A stretch of DNA of 42,973 nucleotides, taken from Candidatus Parabeggiatoa communis. GTDB lineage: Bacteria; Pseudomonadota; Gammaproteobacteria; Beggiatoales; Beggiatoaceae. Made by a program: the position numbers and the translations under genes. Below, piece by piece: positions 1 through 9,294 of this stretch (position 1 is its first letter; every line of letters starts with the position of its first letter). The stretch covers positions 1 to 42,973 of the forward strand of contig JAYQWI020000688.1 of the NCBI GenBank assembly GCA_035871815.2. Direction: 5' to 3'. Below the pieces are notes generated by a model. That model saw only the letters and a list, made by a program, of their open reading frames with translations. It had not been told where the DNA came from and did no database searches.

Positions 1-833
1 CCAGCCGTTTGCCATTGCCGTAAACAGTCTGCCAAGTCCGCTTTAAGCCCGTAACTGGATTGGTAACGATCTTCGGCGTTTTTCGCCATCAATTTCAGCA
101 CGATTTCTGAAATCGCTTGAGGCAGTTCTGATTTTAATGAATGCGGTGGTACGGGTGGTTTGGCAATATGACAATGCACTACTTCCAGCGCATCTGGCAT
201 CGAAAAGGGTAATTGACCGGTCAGTAATTGATAGAAGGTGACACCAAGGGAATAAAAATCGGTTCGGTAATCTATGGCCCGATTCATGCGGCCCGTTTGT
301 TCTGGGGAAAGATAGGCTAATGTGCCTTCTAACAAGTTCGGATTGCTAAAGGTTGTATTTTCGCGAGACAACACCGTTGAAATGCCAAAGTCAATCAGTT
401 TCAGTTGCTTGGTGGTGGTATTGAGGATAATGTTTGACGGATTGATATCCTTATGAATCAGATAGCGTTGATGCAGTTGGCCTAAAATATCTGTCACAGA
501 AATAGCCAACGTCAAAAAGTCAGTCAACGGCATTTGCCCCGCCAATTTTAAGCGATCAACAGAAGTCGCCCCAAAATATTCTAGGACAATGAAAAAGCGA
601 TTTTGGTCGCTTTCTAGGCCGTAGACGGCCACCACACCTTTAATATCGTTCAAGTTGTGGGTGGTTTCGTATTCCCGTTTAAACCAAGCGATTTTTTCCG
701 GGGGCGGATAGTCTTGTTTCAGAATTTTAAGAACAACTGCTTGATTATCGGTGAGCCGATGTGCGCGATAAATAGACGAATTAGCACTTTCATGCAATTG
801 TTCGGTTATTTGGTAACCAGAAAGAGTTAACAT
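1..833 (-). CDS. Ser/Thr protein kinase N-terminal domain of a probable kinase-AAA ATPase multisensor protein; truncated by the window start and absent from the ORF track
   Basis: Manual translation from ATG at 833: MLTLSGYQITEQLHESANSSIYRA...VVLKIL...LIHKDINPSNI...KLIDFGIS...EGTLAYLSPEQTGRMNRAIDYRTDFYSLGVTFY...KLMAKNAEDRYQS. HKDINPSN and SPEQTGRMNR are typical of cyanobacterial-type kinase/AAA/His-kinase hybrids. Confidence 0.9.
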   Translation of the reverse strand, partial: MLTLSGYQITEQLHESANSSIYRAHRLTDNQAVVLKILKQDYPPPEKIAWFKREYETTHNLNDIKGVVAVYGLESDQNRFFIVLEYFGATSVDRLKLAGQMPLTDFLTLAISVTDILGQLHQRYLIHKDINPSNIILNTTTKQLKLIDFGISTVLSRENTTFSNPNLLEGTLAYLSPEQTGRMNRAIDYRTDFYSLGVTFYQLLTGQLPFSMPDALEVVHCHIAKPPVPPHSLKSELPQAISEIVLKLMAKNAEDRYQSSYGLKADLADCLRQWQTA

Positions 834-1263
834 ATATTGTCTTAACCTATTTTTTCATGAGTCCATTTGAGTTTGCTGTTTTGATTGACTGTGCTTAAAT
901 GTTTTATAAATCCAGGTCAAGTTCAAAAAATAGGATTTCAGCACTTCTACTGCAAACGGTTATAATTTAAACTTTTTACACACCCACTACCCCCTATTCA
1001 ATCCTTATACATAAGTTTTTAACTAATTGATTTTATATATATTAGCATTTTATAAACAGCTACTGTGCGAATAGTAAAATCATTCTCGAAAAAGTATCCC
1101 TGATACTTGTGTATAACGATGATATATCGAGATGAGAATAAAACCGCAACACGTCTCATCCCCTGCCTCGGGGGATGAGCATGTGTGTTTTTAGTTCCGT
1201 TTTCAACCGTGCAAAGTATCTCCGATGTTTTCCCCGATAGAAACCCAAAAAAACTATCAACAT

Positions 1264-2346
1264 TCAGCTCAATCCATAAAAACGGATAGGATTGTCCCAA
1301 AGAATCTTTTGGACCGTCTTTTTGGAAAGCCTATCCTCTAGCTTGACCGCTTCGTTTATGATCTGCTGATCATGGTCTATGTGAGGATAGTCAGAACCTA
1401 AGATTAAGTTATCGGTACCAACATAATTGATGATTTCAGGAAGATAAGGTTCCGCAGGTTCAATGCCAATAAAACATTGACGACGAAAATAGTCAGAGGG
1501 TTTCATCTTCACGTTTTCTTTGACTTCCCAACCCAGTTCTTGATATTCCCTATCTAACCGCCACAACCAGTATGGTAGCCACCCACACCCCGCTTCAAGA
1601 AAGGCCACCCGAAGTTTGGGGTGACGTTCTAGCACACCTCCTTCAATCAAGGCTAACATCGCCATCATTTGTTCCATCGGGTGAGAACACGCATGCATCC
1701 CAAACCGGGTATTGAAGCGATCCGCACCAGTCGTGGGTAAACGCCCATGCGTCGCTTCATGAATACCAATGGCAATTCCCAGCCGCTCGCATTCGTTCCA
1801 AAATGGCTCATAAGCCGGATCACTGAGCAAGCGTCCTTTGAGTGGGTTGGGACGCATAAAGACGGCTTTCCAACCCCATTCTGTTATCCGATGCAATTCC
1901 GGCACCATGTCATTGGGATCGTGAAGATTAATGGCACCAACACCTCTCAAAACTTGTGTGTCATAGCTACAAAAGTCTCGCAACCAATTGTTGTAGGCGC
2001 GGGTTAGGGCCCCGGCTAGTTGTGTGTCCATACCGTCTATGGCTAACACAAATAGACCATCTGTGGGATAAAGAAACGCAATATCAACGCCCAGTTTCTT
2101 GATTGCAGTGACTTGAGAATCCGCGTTAAAACCTCTCATGGCCGCCATCAGGTGATGTCGCTTAATTTTTTCAACACCTTGGGCTTGAACTTGATCGGAT
2201 AATTTGTTCGTCATTTTTTCGCCGTTAATAGTTTGATCTATGGAAGGCGCACGATCCTTAAACGCTGGATCAACATATTTTTTCCACATATCAAAAGGTT
2301 CTAATACATGGCAATCGGCATCTATTATTTGGTAGTTATTCAACAT
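1264..2346 (-). CDS. Amidohydrolase family protein (Amidohydro_2 / LigW-ACMSD-like TIM barrel)
   Basis: IIDADCHVLEP metal motif, GIHE, HPKLRVAFLEAGCGW, GSDYPH, ILWDNPIRFY. Confidence 0.9.
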   Translation of the reverse strand: MLNNYQIIDADCHVLEPFDMWKKYVDPAFKDRAPSIDQTINGEKMTNKLSDQVQAQGVEKIKRHHLMAAMRGFNADSQVTAIKKLGVDIAFLYPTDGLFVLAIDGMDTQLAGALTRAYNNWLRDFCSYDTQVLRGVGAINLHDPNDMVPELHRITEWGWKAVFMRPNPLKGRLLSDPAYEPFWNECERLGIAIGIHEATHGRLPTTGADRFNTRFGMHACSHPMEQMMAMLALIEGGVLERHPKLRVAFLEAGCGWLPYWLWRLDREYQELGWEVKENVKMKPSDYFRRQCFIGIEPAEPYLPEIINYVGTDNLILGSDYPHIDHDQQIINEAVKLEDRLSKKTVQKILWDNPIRFYGLS

Positions 2347-2660
2347 AGTTTGTTATTTAAGTTTGGGAGCCGAGAATCCAAATGTGGGTACTCTCGCCAA
2401 AATAGATTGTTCGCTTTTGGGTGTTCGTTTTAGTATGTATCTCGATGGGTAGTGGTGGAAAAGGTCAATTATCCTGAACACCTTAATAGCCTTTTGTCAT
2501 TTAACTCAAAGACTGAGCTTTTGATCAGGGCGATAAATCTCCCATCACTTGTTAAGATTCCTGTTTGACATGACAAAAGCAATACAAGGTGTAAAGTCTA
2601 TCCACCGAATTGGCGAAAGTAAAACAATGCTCACTACTGTAGATTACCCAAAAATGTTAA

Positions 2661-2694
2661 AGAAATCCGAGTTTTTGAAAAAAATCGGATTTCT
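2661..2694. repeat. Palindromic intergenic repeat AGAAATCCGA-TTTTT-GAAAAAAATCGGATTTCT
   Basis: Near-perfect inverted repeat; degenerate copies at about 5652-5685 and about 37262-37282. Confidence 0.6.
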
Positions 2695-3131
2695 AAAAAA
2701 TAATACCTTCATCAAAAGTTGAATATTAAACGGGGTTATTCTGAAAAATGCTTGAAATTCAATGAAATTAAAAATCAGTTCGACTGGGTTCAAAAATACG
2801 ATAAGTTTTTGAAATTGAAGCAATATCACATAATAACTATTTTATTTTTATAACAATTGGCGAAGGTATTACAGAAAATAAACTTGGTTTTTATGCAATG
2901 AGGGCACCAAAAAAGGCGATAAATCGTTTACTACAAACACTTGGTGATTGCCAAGAAATGACTTGTTTTTGTGAAAGTCCAAAGCTTAGTTCCGTTGCAC
3001 TTTTAACTCAGCTAAACCCAAGTTATTTTTTGACAAAAGCACCACTTCAATTCAATGCCATTTTCATAGCGAGATATCTTTTCATTACCTTGATAAACAA
3101 GGCTGAATACTGAGTTTGGACGGATAAATAA

Positions 3132-3204
3132 TAGAGTTGTCCGAAAATAAGGGGTTTATGAATTGTGTTTTTATTAGCCAAAAATTTATTGACGGACAAG
3201 TCTA
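3132..3204. mobile_element. MITE-like element, TAGA(G/C)TTGT...ACAA(G/C)TCTA terminal-repeat family
   Basis: Ends TAGAGTTGTCCG and CGGACAAGTCTA; no ORF. Confidence 0.55.
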
Positions 3205-3291
3205 ATTAATTATTTTATTTTTATCAATTTGACCTGAAATTGAATCAGTGCCTTGACAGGTACTTAATGGCATAGAGTTTTTGGAGGGTTG

Positions 3292-5514
3292 TTAAAAAAC
3301 CGGCATCGGATTGAGTTGCTTTTCTGTCAAAGGCACTGATAACCAACCCAATTTGACCGGTACGTCATACAGTCGTCCCGGCCCTAATCTTCTCCAAAAG
3401 TGACGCATGCCAGGGATAATCACTTTAACCACATTCAGTCCGATATCGGGCCGCGTCTGATCCAAAACAAGAACTTCTAACCCTTGTTTTTTAGCGATTG
3501 CCACACAGTTCATCACATCGTCTCGCAGATCATCACTCCACAATTGGGGATAATCTGAACTGACTTTAGGAGCCTGATTATCATCAGCGACTAAATAAGG
3601 CTGATTTTCCAGTGTTGCCGTTTCCCATTGTTCTTGCGTTATTTTATCATAAACTTCAAGCATTTGGTTGAGTTCAGTTAGGGCCCGAAGAATACCTATT
3701 TTCGGATCGAAATGGGCACCAAAGGCACAGAGAATCTTTTCATTGCTTTGATCAATTCTCCTAGAAATCGCCACAAAAGCAGGAATATTCAGATCGCTGG
3801 TAATATCCAATACCCATAATTCACGTTGGCGCATTTGATAGTATTCCTGCAAGGCTTGAAAATAGGGTTCATCAAAACGGTCTAAATGGACTCTTGGTTT
3901 TTTCACGTCATTAAACCACCATAGAGCTACACTATCACGTTCCACCAGTTCCATAAATCCTTGTAAAATAGCCTCTTCTTTGCTATTACCGGCCGCTGCA
4001 CCATTGGAATCTGCCCAACAATCCGGTTTTTCCGGTCTGGGATAGCCATAATAACAGTAGGCTGTTGGTAAATATTTAAATACGTTATGAGTTAAAGACC
4101 ACACGGGTGTCCACTCAATTTCTCTTTCTTCATCAAACGGTTCTGGCACTTTTTCAAAATAATTATCGGTATTAGCATTCCAGTGATGACGGTTTTGATA
4201 TTGGGCTTGACTAAAATTCATACAGGCATTGGGATGAATTGCACGTCCTCCCCAATCTCGATAACGGCCTTTTTGTCGAATTTCATCGCCTTGAAAAACC
4301 CCAGAATATCTTTCAATCGCTTCGCAAATAGCGCTGGCTTTGGCTTGACTATCCGTTTTGCCTTTGCCAGCACTTCTACCCCGCACATTTTCGCGTAAAA
4401 AGTATAAATCATCAAACATAGTCGCAAAATTATGACCAGCAACATAAGTATGGGTCAAATGATAGTGATGCGAAATGGGATTAAGTTCTCGGATAACGCC
4501 CGTAATCGGGCTAATATGAGAACTGTATTTATTGATCGTTTCTTCAGGACGCATACAACGGTGCCCACCATCTGCGATGAATATTTTGGGTTGAGTTTCT
4601 AGTACAATGGGTTTAGGTGATTGCTTATGCTTATTAGTGAGTGTTCCGCAACTGGGGCATTGTGGTCGATGAACCAAAAAGTGATTTTGTGTTTTCAGCG
4701 ATAACGTATCCAGCGTGACTAAAATGCCTTCTAAATTTTTATTTTCACCTTGAATAATCCATTTAAGGAGTTCAGTGGAGGTTAAATTCAGAGCCATTTG
4801 TAGCGTAGAAGGCAGGAGAGTCAGAGAGGTTGGAAAAGGGGTTGAAGTCTTTTTGCGTGTTTGGATAAAGGTTTCAATCGGGCGGTTAGCGCGTAGACGC
4901 TGTGCAAGACATTCCCAACAACCGGTTTTGCCTTTATGAAAAAGGGGGCCAATCCAAACGAGGGTACCGACCGGTTTAACTAACAGCCAAGGGGTTTGCG
5001 ATTGTAATGCTTTTTGGTTAAAAGCGACTAAATTGTTTTGGAGATAATCATCCGTCAAAACAATATCAATGTCTCCTTCCGTGTCTCCTTCCGTTTGGAC
5101 TTGAATTTGTAACGATTCCAACGCCGAAATCAAAGGCTCAGCATTGACAGCCCCTATAGTATGAACAACCACTTGAGTTGTTTGTAATCGGTGGATGGCT
5201 TCTTTGAATTCAACATTTAAAATATCGCAGAATGCGGCCAGATTATTATTAGGTGAGAATTGATCGTCATTTTCAATAATATAGCCTTTTTTTTCCAACA
5301 ACATTAACGCATAGTAAATTTCTGCAACCTGTGCTTGCTGTTGCATCAATTGAATAATGTCGTTAACGGTATGTTGACCATCGAGTAATGGGACTAATTT
5401 CTGGTAAATATGGCCTTTGAGTAAAAAATACTGATTTTCGGAGAGTAAAAATACGCCTTCTGGTTCACAAGTCTCGACATGGAAATGACGTTTAAACTTA
5501 GGCTTCTTGAACAT
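3292..5514 (-). CDS. TOMM fused RRE / C-protein / YcaO cyclodehydratase (TIGR03882-like)
   Basis: N-terminal RRE-like region (LLDGQHT), E1-like domain with GP..TGCWECL and RPQCPSCG, YcaO motifs SAGKG, EAIERYS, SNGAAAG..EEAILQGFMELVERD, and a Pro-rich C-terminus NPMPVF. Confidence 0.93.
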   Translation of the reverse strand: MFKKPKFKRHFHVETCEPEGVFLLSENQYFLLKGHIYQKLVPLLDGQHTVNDIIQLMQQQAQVAEIYYALMLLEKKGYIIENDDQFSPNNNLAAFCDILNVEFKEAIHRLQTTQVVVHTIGAVNAEPLISALESLQIQVQTEGDTEGDIDIVLTDDYLQNNLVAFNQKALQSQTPWLLVKPVGTLVWIGPLFHKGKTGCWECLAQRLRANRPIETFIQTRKKTSTPFPTSLTLLPSTLQMALNLTSTELLKWIIQGENKNLEGILVTLDTLSLKTQNHFLVHRPQCPSCGTLTNKHKQSPKPIVLETQPKIFIADGGHRCMRPEETINKYSSHISPITGVIRELNPISHHYHLTHTYVAGHNFATMFDDLYFLRENVRGRSAGKGKTDSQAKASAICEAIERYSGVFQGDEIRQKGRYRDWGGRAIHPNACMNFSQAQYQNRHHWNANTDNYFEKVPEPFDEEREIEWTPVWSLTHNVFKYLPTAYCYYGYPRPEKPDCWADSNGAAAGNSKEEAILQGFMELVERDSVALWWFNDVKKPRVHLDRFDEPYFQALQEYYQMRQRELWVLDITSDLNIPAFVAISRRIDQSNEKILCAFGAHFDPKIGILRALTELNQMLEVYDKITQEQWETATLENQPYLVADDNQAPKVSSDYPQLWSDDLRDDVMNCVAIAKKQGLEVLVLDQTRPDIGLNVVKVIIPGMRHFWRRLGPGRLYDVPVKLGWLSVPLTEKQLNPMPVF

Positions 5515-5608
5515 TTATAAATCAGGGCTGTAAAATAGTAAAAGGGCGTATTTCTATTTTCCCGCTATTAAAACGTCAATACCTAAAAAATGGGCTAGGG
5601 GAAAGGGG

Positions 5609-5719
5609 CTAGTGCAGGATGGCGGAAGTTCCCATACCAGCCATCTAAAAAAGAAATTCGATTTTTTGAAAAAATAGAATTATCGAACCGGCATGGTTAT
5701 TTCTGCCCTCCTGTACTAG
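5609..5719. mobile_element. MITE-like element with CTAG ends
   Basis: Inverted ends CTAGTGCAGGATGGCGGAA and TTCTGCCCTCCTGTACTAG; contains a nested copy of the 2661 palindrome. Confidence 0.6.
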
Positions 5720-5968
5720 GAAAAAGGGATTGGTTCAAGGTGAAAAGTATAAATGTCTTTAGTTTAATGAGTTAATGTCACTTAAGGCGCTTTAAAATGG
5801 CTTTTTTATTTAATAAAGTGATTGAAAAATAAACTATTTATAGTTTTTTACGGTCCGATGGAAGTATGAACAGAACCCATTTACCCTTGCTCCTCAACCA
5901 AATAACCTTTCCCCTTTGGGGAAAGTATGACCGGGAAAATAGCAATGCACCCTAGTAAAGGGTAATTG

Positions 5969-6024
5969 GTGCTTTAGCAAAGGGGAATCGGTAAAGCCGT
6001 CTTTTTATCCCTTTGGTAAAGCAC
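5969..6024. terminator. Long stem-loop 3' of the precursor gene (attenuator, mRNA stabiliser or REP-like)
   Basis: GTGCTTTAGCAAAGGG pairs with CCCTTTGGTAAAGCAC, about 50 nt past the precursor stop. Confidence 0.45.
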
Positions 6025-6073
6025 GAGACAGTAATAAGCTTGTATCTCGACTAATTATAGGAACGGAAAGACA

Positions 6074-6418
6074 CTAACAACAACTTGCTTTAAAGCGACG
6101 AGATAATTCCCCACTGTCTTCTTTTGCCCATTGTTTTAATTCTTCAGCAGTCACATCAGCAGGTTTTGGAGGCACTGGTATAACAGTTACCGCTTCCAGC
6201 GGGTTATCCGGGGCCTGTACTATCCGCCAAGAAAAAGTTGTCGCATCGATCTCGACTCTTTCCCCTTTTGCAAAAACAACTTCGCCGTTGGTAAACTCAG
6301 TGATGGTCGTTTTCGGTTCCTTCTTCAGTTTCTCTGCAAAGTCTGGTTCCAACCATGCTTGAGCGATCACTCGATGCAACTCACTACTCATTTTTTGCCA
6401 ATTTTCATGTAGTGGCAT
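6074..6418 (-). CDS. Putative RiPP precursor with nitrile-hydratase-like leader (NHLP / BMA_0021-like), C-terminus ...FKASCC
   Basis: RVIAQAWLEPDFAEKLKKEPK matches the NHLP pattern (iiakAW.DpeFk..L..dP); IPVPPKP and VTAEEL motifs; GGAG RBS upstream; co-oriented directly upstream of the YcaO gene. Confidence 0.8.
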   Translation of the reverse strand: MPLHENWQKMSSELHRVIAQAWLEPDFAEKLKKEPKTTITEFTNGEVVFAKGERVEIDATTFSWRIVQAPDNPLEAVTVIPVPPKPADVTAEELKQWAKEDSGELSRRFKASCC

Positions 6419-6465
6419 AATTATACTCCAGTGTTGTAGTTAATGGTTAAATGAACAAAAGTTAT

Positions 6466-6606
6466 TAGAGTTTATACCGATTTAACGTAACTCATTGATT
6501 TATATCAAATTATCATTTTCAGAAAACTAATAAAATCAATTCGCGCCAAAAGTTTTACGCGCAAAACTTTTGGCGCGAAACTTAAATTAAATCAGTATAA
6601 TGTCTA
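6466..6606. mobile_element. MITE-like element with an internal perfect 17-bp hairpin (6540-6579)
   Basis: Ends TAGAGTTTATACCGATTTAA and TTAAATCAGTATAATGTCTA; core TTCGCGCCAAAAGTTTT-acgcgc-AAAACTTTTGGCGCGAA. Confidence 0.55.
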
Positions 6607-7645
6607 TTAATATCAGTAAAACTCAAAATGGGTATGAACAGTGACTGTTCAATATTTCAGGCAAAATTTTTGCCGCGAACCGAAGGGAAGCTACGCTAAA
6701 TCCGTTCAGAATTTGATAGGTTTTCTGGCCTTGGACAACTTGGGTAACATGGGCAACTTAGACTGGGCATGGCACGATTTTCAAAGCCGCCTTCAGAAAA
6801 ATTTGTGCATAAACCTCCGAGATTTGGCAAACCTCGGAATGTGAATCTCAATCTAAAAAATGAAAAATGAACAACAATTTTTCAATCTGTTATATAGTTT
6901 TATAACTTTTTGATTTTACATCATTCAATTCAACCCTTAATTCGCATTTATACCGCATTTATACTTCTGCTAAGAATTGCGCTTTTGTTCGAGTTTTGCA
7001 AAACATCGCGATACAAAACCACAAAATTTATGCTCTTTATTCCAACAAATACTTAATTTATGATGGTGTTGAGTATAATGAGATTAATTGATGTAAATCC
7101 CTCTTGCGATTAGAGGCAAGCACTGTATCATCTTGCCACAAGACAGTCAATACACCACAGAGCCTTTTTTCGGAGCCTGGCGTTTATCTACTTAAAAATT
7201 AACAGAAAAATTTTTATGACTATGGAAATAAAGATAGCCTCCTGATTGACGAACAAAAATAGAAAATACTCTTTAATATCAAGTACTTAATTAAAAAAGC
7301 CTCAATTTATAACTCATTGATTTTAAAAATATTTCAAGTGATATGTCAATCCGCGAACCCTCCCCAAATGCGCCGTATTAAGAAACCCCGTTTTTCCAAA
7401 TAACAAAACTTTTTTCTATCTGATTGAACAACTTGGACAAAGCGATACTTAGCACCAAAAAAAATTACGTTTTTATCATTTCAAGCCCAGCTAGAAATGA
7501 CAAAATGCGGCGTTTATGACGGTGTTCAGGATAATAAGATTTTGATGTAAGCAGGTGTCAGGAGTTCAGATGTTCAGGATTTCATAATTATTCTTTTAAA
7601 AATCCTTTTTTATAATCAAATCAAACAAACCAAACGGAGAGCTTA

Positions 7646-9112
7646 ATGGAATTGACTGATGAACAATGGGCTATTATTAATGCGCCTGAACACATTTTGA
7701 AAGTGAATGCTGTTGCGGGTAGTGGTAAAACAACAACGTTATTGGAATATGCCAAACGTAGGCCGAAACAACGGTTTTTGTATTTGACGTTCAATAAATC
7801 GGCTTCCGATGAAATGAAGAAAAAGTGTTTTGTTGCAAACCTTGACAATATCACTGTCCAAACTTTTCATGCTTTAGCCTATTACCATGCCAATGGCAGG
7901 CATTATGATCTGATTAATGACTTGAGTGAATGGACTATTTTTGATGGTTACGTCAAAGGAGAACTAGAAGATAAAAGAGACAATCTGTTGCTCATTTCAT
8001 GGCTTATAAAAGATATGATGGTTTTTTACCTTAATTCTTCTCTGTTCTATATAGATGAAGCGCTTCTTGCGTCTTATCGGAATGAAACTCGGCCGCAAAA
8101 TAAAGTGGACATGCTGTTATCTTGTTATGCTGATTTCATTCTGAAAACGATTAAAACTATTTTGACAAAAATGAAGCAATGCGAAATACCGGCCATTCAT
8201 GACTTTTATCTGAAAATGTTTCATTTATCAAAGCCTACCTTGTTTTACGATATTATCTTGATTGACGAAGCGCAAGACTTGTCGGGCGTTATGCTAGAGG
8301 TGCTTAAAATACAAGAGGCTTCAAGGATTTTTGTGGGCGATACCTTTCAGCAAATTTACGCTTTCCGATATGCTATCAATGCTTTAGATAAAATAGATTG
8401 CCTTGAATATTCATTGACGCAGACTTTTCGTTTTGATGACGCTTTGGCGCAACAAATCTCGAAAATTGTTAATCGTGGATACAGTATCTTGAATGATAGG
8501 GCGCATTTCCTAAAAATAAAAGGAAAGCAGGAGAGGATTGAGTGTTTGGAAGGCGAGAGAGAACAAATTGCGGTTATTTCAAGAAGTGTTTTGAAACTGT
8601 TTAAAGAAATCGCACATTATTTAGGGGGTGATCTCAAATTTTACTTTGAAGGGGGATATGAGAGTTATGGCTTTATGAACGCTCGCGTTTTGAGTGTTTT
8701 ATATTTGTATCAGGAGAGTTTTGATAAGATCAGTGATCAATTTATCAGGCGATTCAGTCGTTTTAGGGCCTTAAGGGATTTTGCTAAGGCCTCACAAAAT
8801 CGTCAGCTATTAAACACTTGTGATCTTGTTCAGACATACAGAGAAGATTTGTTTGATATCAATCAGAAAATCAAGCGACGCATTGTGTCTAAGGAAGAAG
8901 CAGATGTGATTTTTACAACAACCCACAAAGCGAAGGGGCAAGAATATCAAAATGTTCAGATGGTTAAAGAAGATTTCATCACTCGCGAACAACTGGAAAA
9001 TGCGGTTAAAAAACCGGATGAATATCATTTTGAGAAGCTTAGAGAAGAAATCAATATTTTTTACGTTGCTGCAACGAGAGCGATGGATAATATAAGCTTA
9101 CACAAATTTTGA
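7646..9112 (+). CDS. Compact UvrD/Rep-like superfamily 1 helicase
   Basis: AGSGKTT, TFH, DEAQD, GD..QQIYAFR, TFRF, TTHKAKGQEY, YVAATRA; GGAG RBS. Confidence 0.9.
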   Translation: MELTDEQWAIINAPEHILKVNAVAGSGKTTTLLEYAKRRPKQRFLYLTFNKSASDEMKKKCFVANLDNITVQTFHALAYYHANGRHYDLINDLSEWTIFDGYVKGELEDKRDNLLLISWLIKDMMVFYLNSSLFYIDEALLASYRNETRPQNKVDMLLSCYADFILKTIKTILTKMKQCEIPAIHDFYLKMFHLSKPTLFYDIILIDEAQDLSGVMLEVLKIQEASRIFVGDTFQQIYAFRYAINALDKIDCLEYSLTQTFRFDDALAQQISKIVNRGYSILNDRAHFLKIKGKQERIECLEGEREQIAVISRSVLKLFKEIAHYLGGDLKFYFEGGYESYGFMNARVLSVLYLYQESFDKISDQFIRRFSRFRALRDFAKASQNRQLLNTCDLVQTYREDLFDINQKIKRRIVSKEEADVIFTTTHKAKGQEYQNVQMVKEDFITREQLENAVKKPDEYHFEKLREEINIFYVAATRAMDNISLHKF

Positions 9113-9141
9113 AATGTTGCTCTTAATCAGGGTCGTAAAAA

Positions 9142-9206
9142 GGGGCAACCACAAGGGATTGCCCCTACAATATTGTTTTTGTAGGGGAAATCCGTATGGT
9201 TGCCCT
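9142..9206. repeat. Inverted pair of GTAG-family REP sequences between the convergent helicase and rpoC genes
   Basis: GGGGCAACCACAAGGGATTGCCCCTAC...GTAGGGGAAATCCGTATGGTTGCCC. Confidence 0.7.
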
Positions 9207-9294
9207 TGAGGGTATGGAAACTTATCGTCGCTTTGCATAGGAACGAAGTTTCCGCTTTCTCGCATTCGGAAATTCCTTTTTCCTCCCTTCCTTT

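Noticed and set aside
1019-3113. Small ORFs 1019-1300, 2644-2829 and 2898-3113 as extra RiPP precursors
   Set aside because: No leader similarity or RBS; they overlap repeats or AT-rich spacer DNA.
5071-5094. 12-nt tandem duplication in YcaO (TEGD TEGD)
   Set aside because: In-frame two-copy slippage in a probable linker; no evidence of function.
7057-7550. A bona fide CRISPR array
   Set aside because: Only two diverged motifs about 455 bp apart, with no regular spacers and no cas genes; kept only as a tentative finding.
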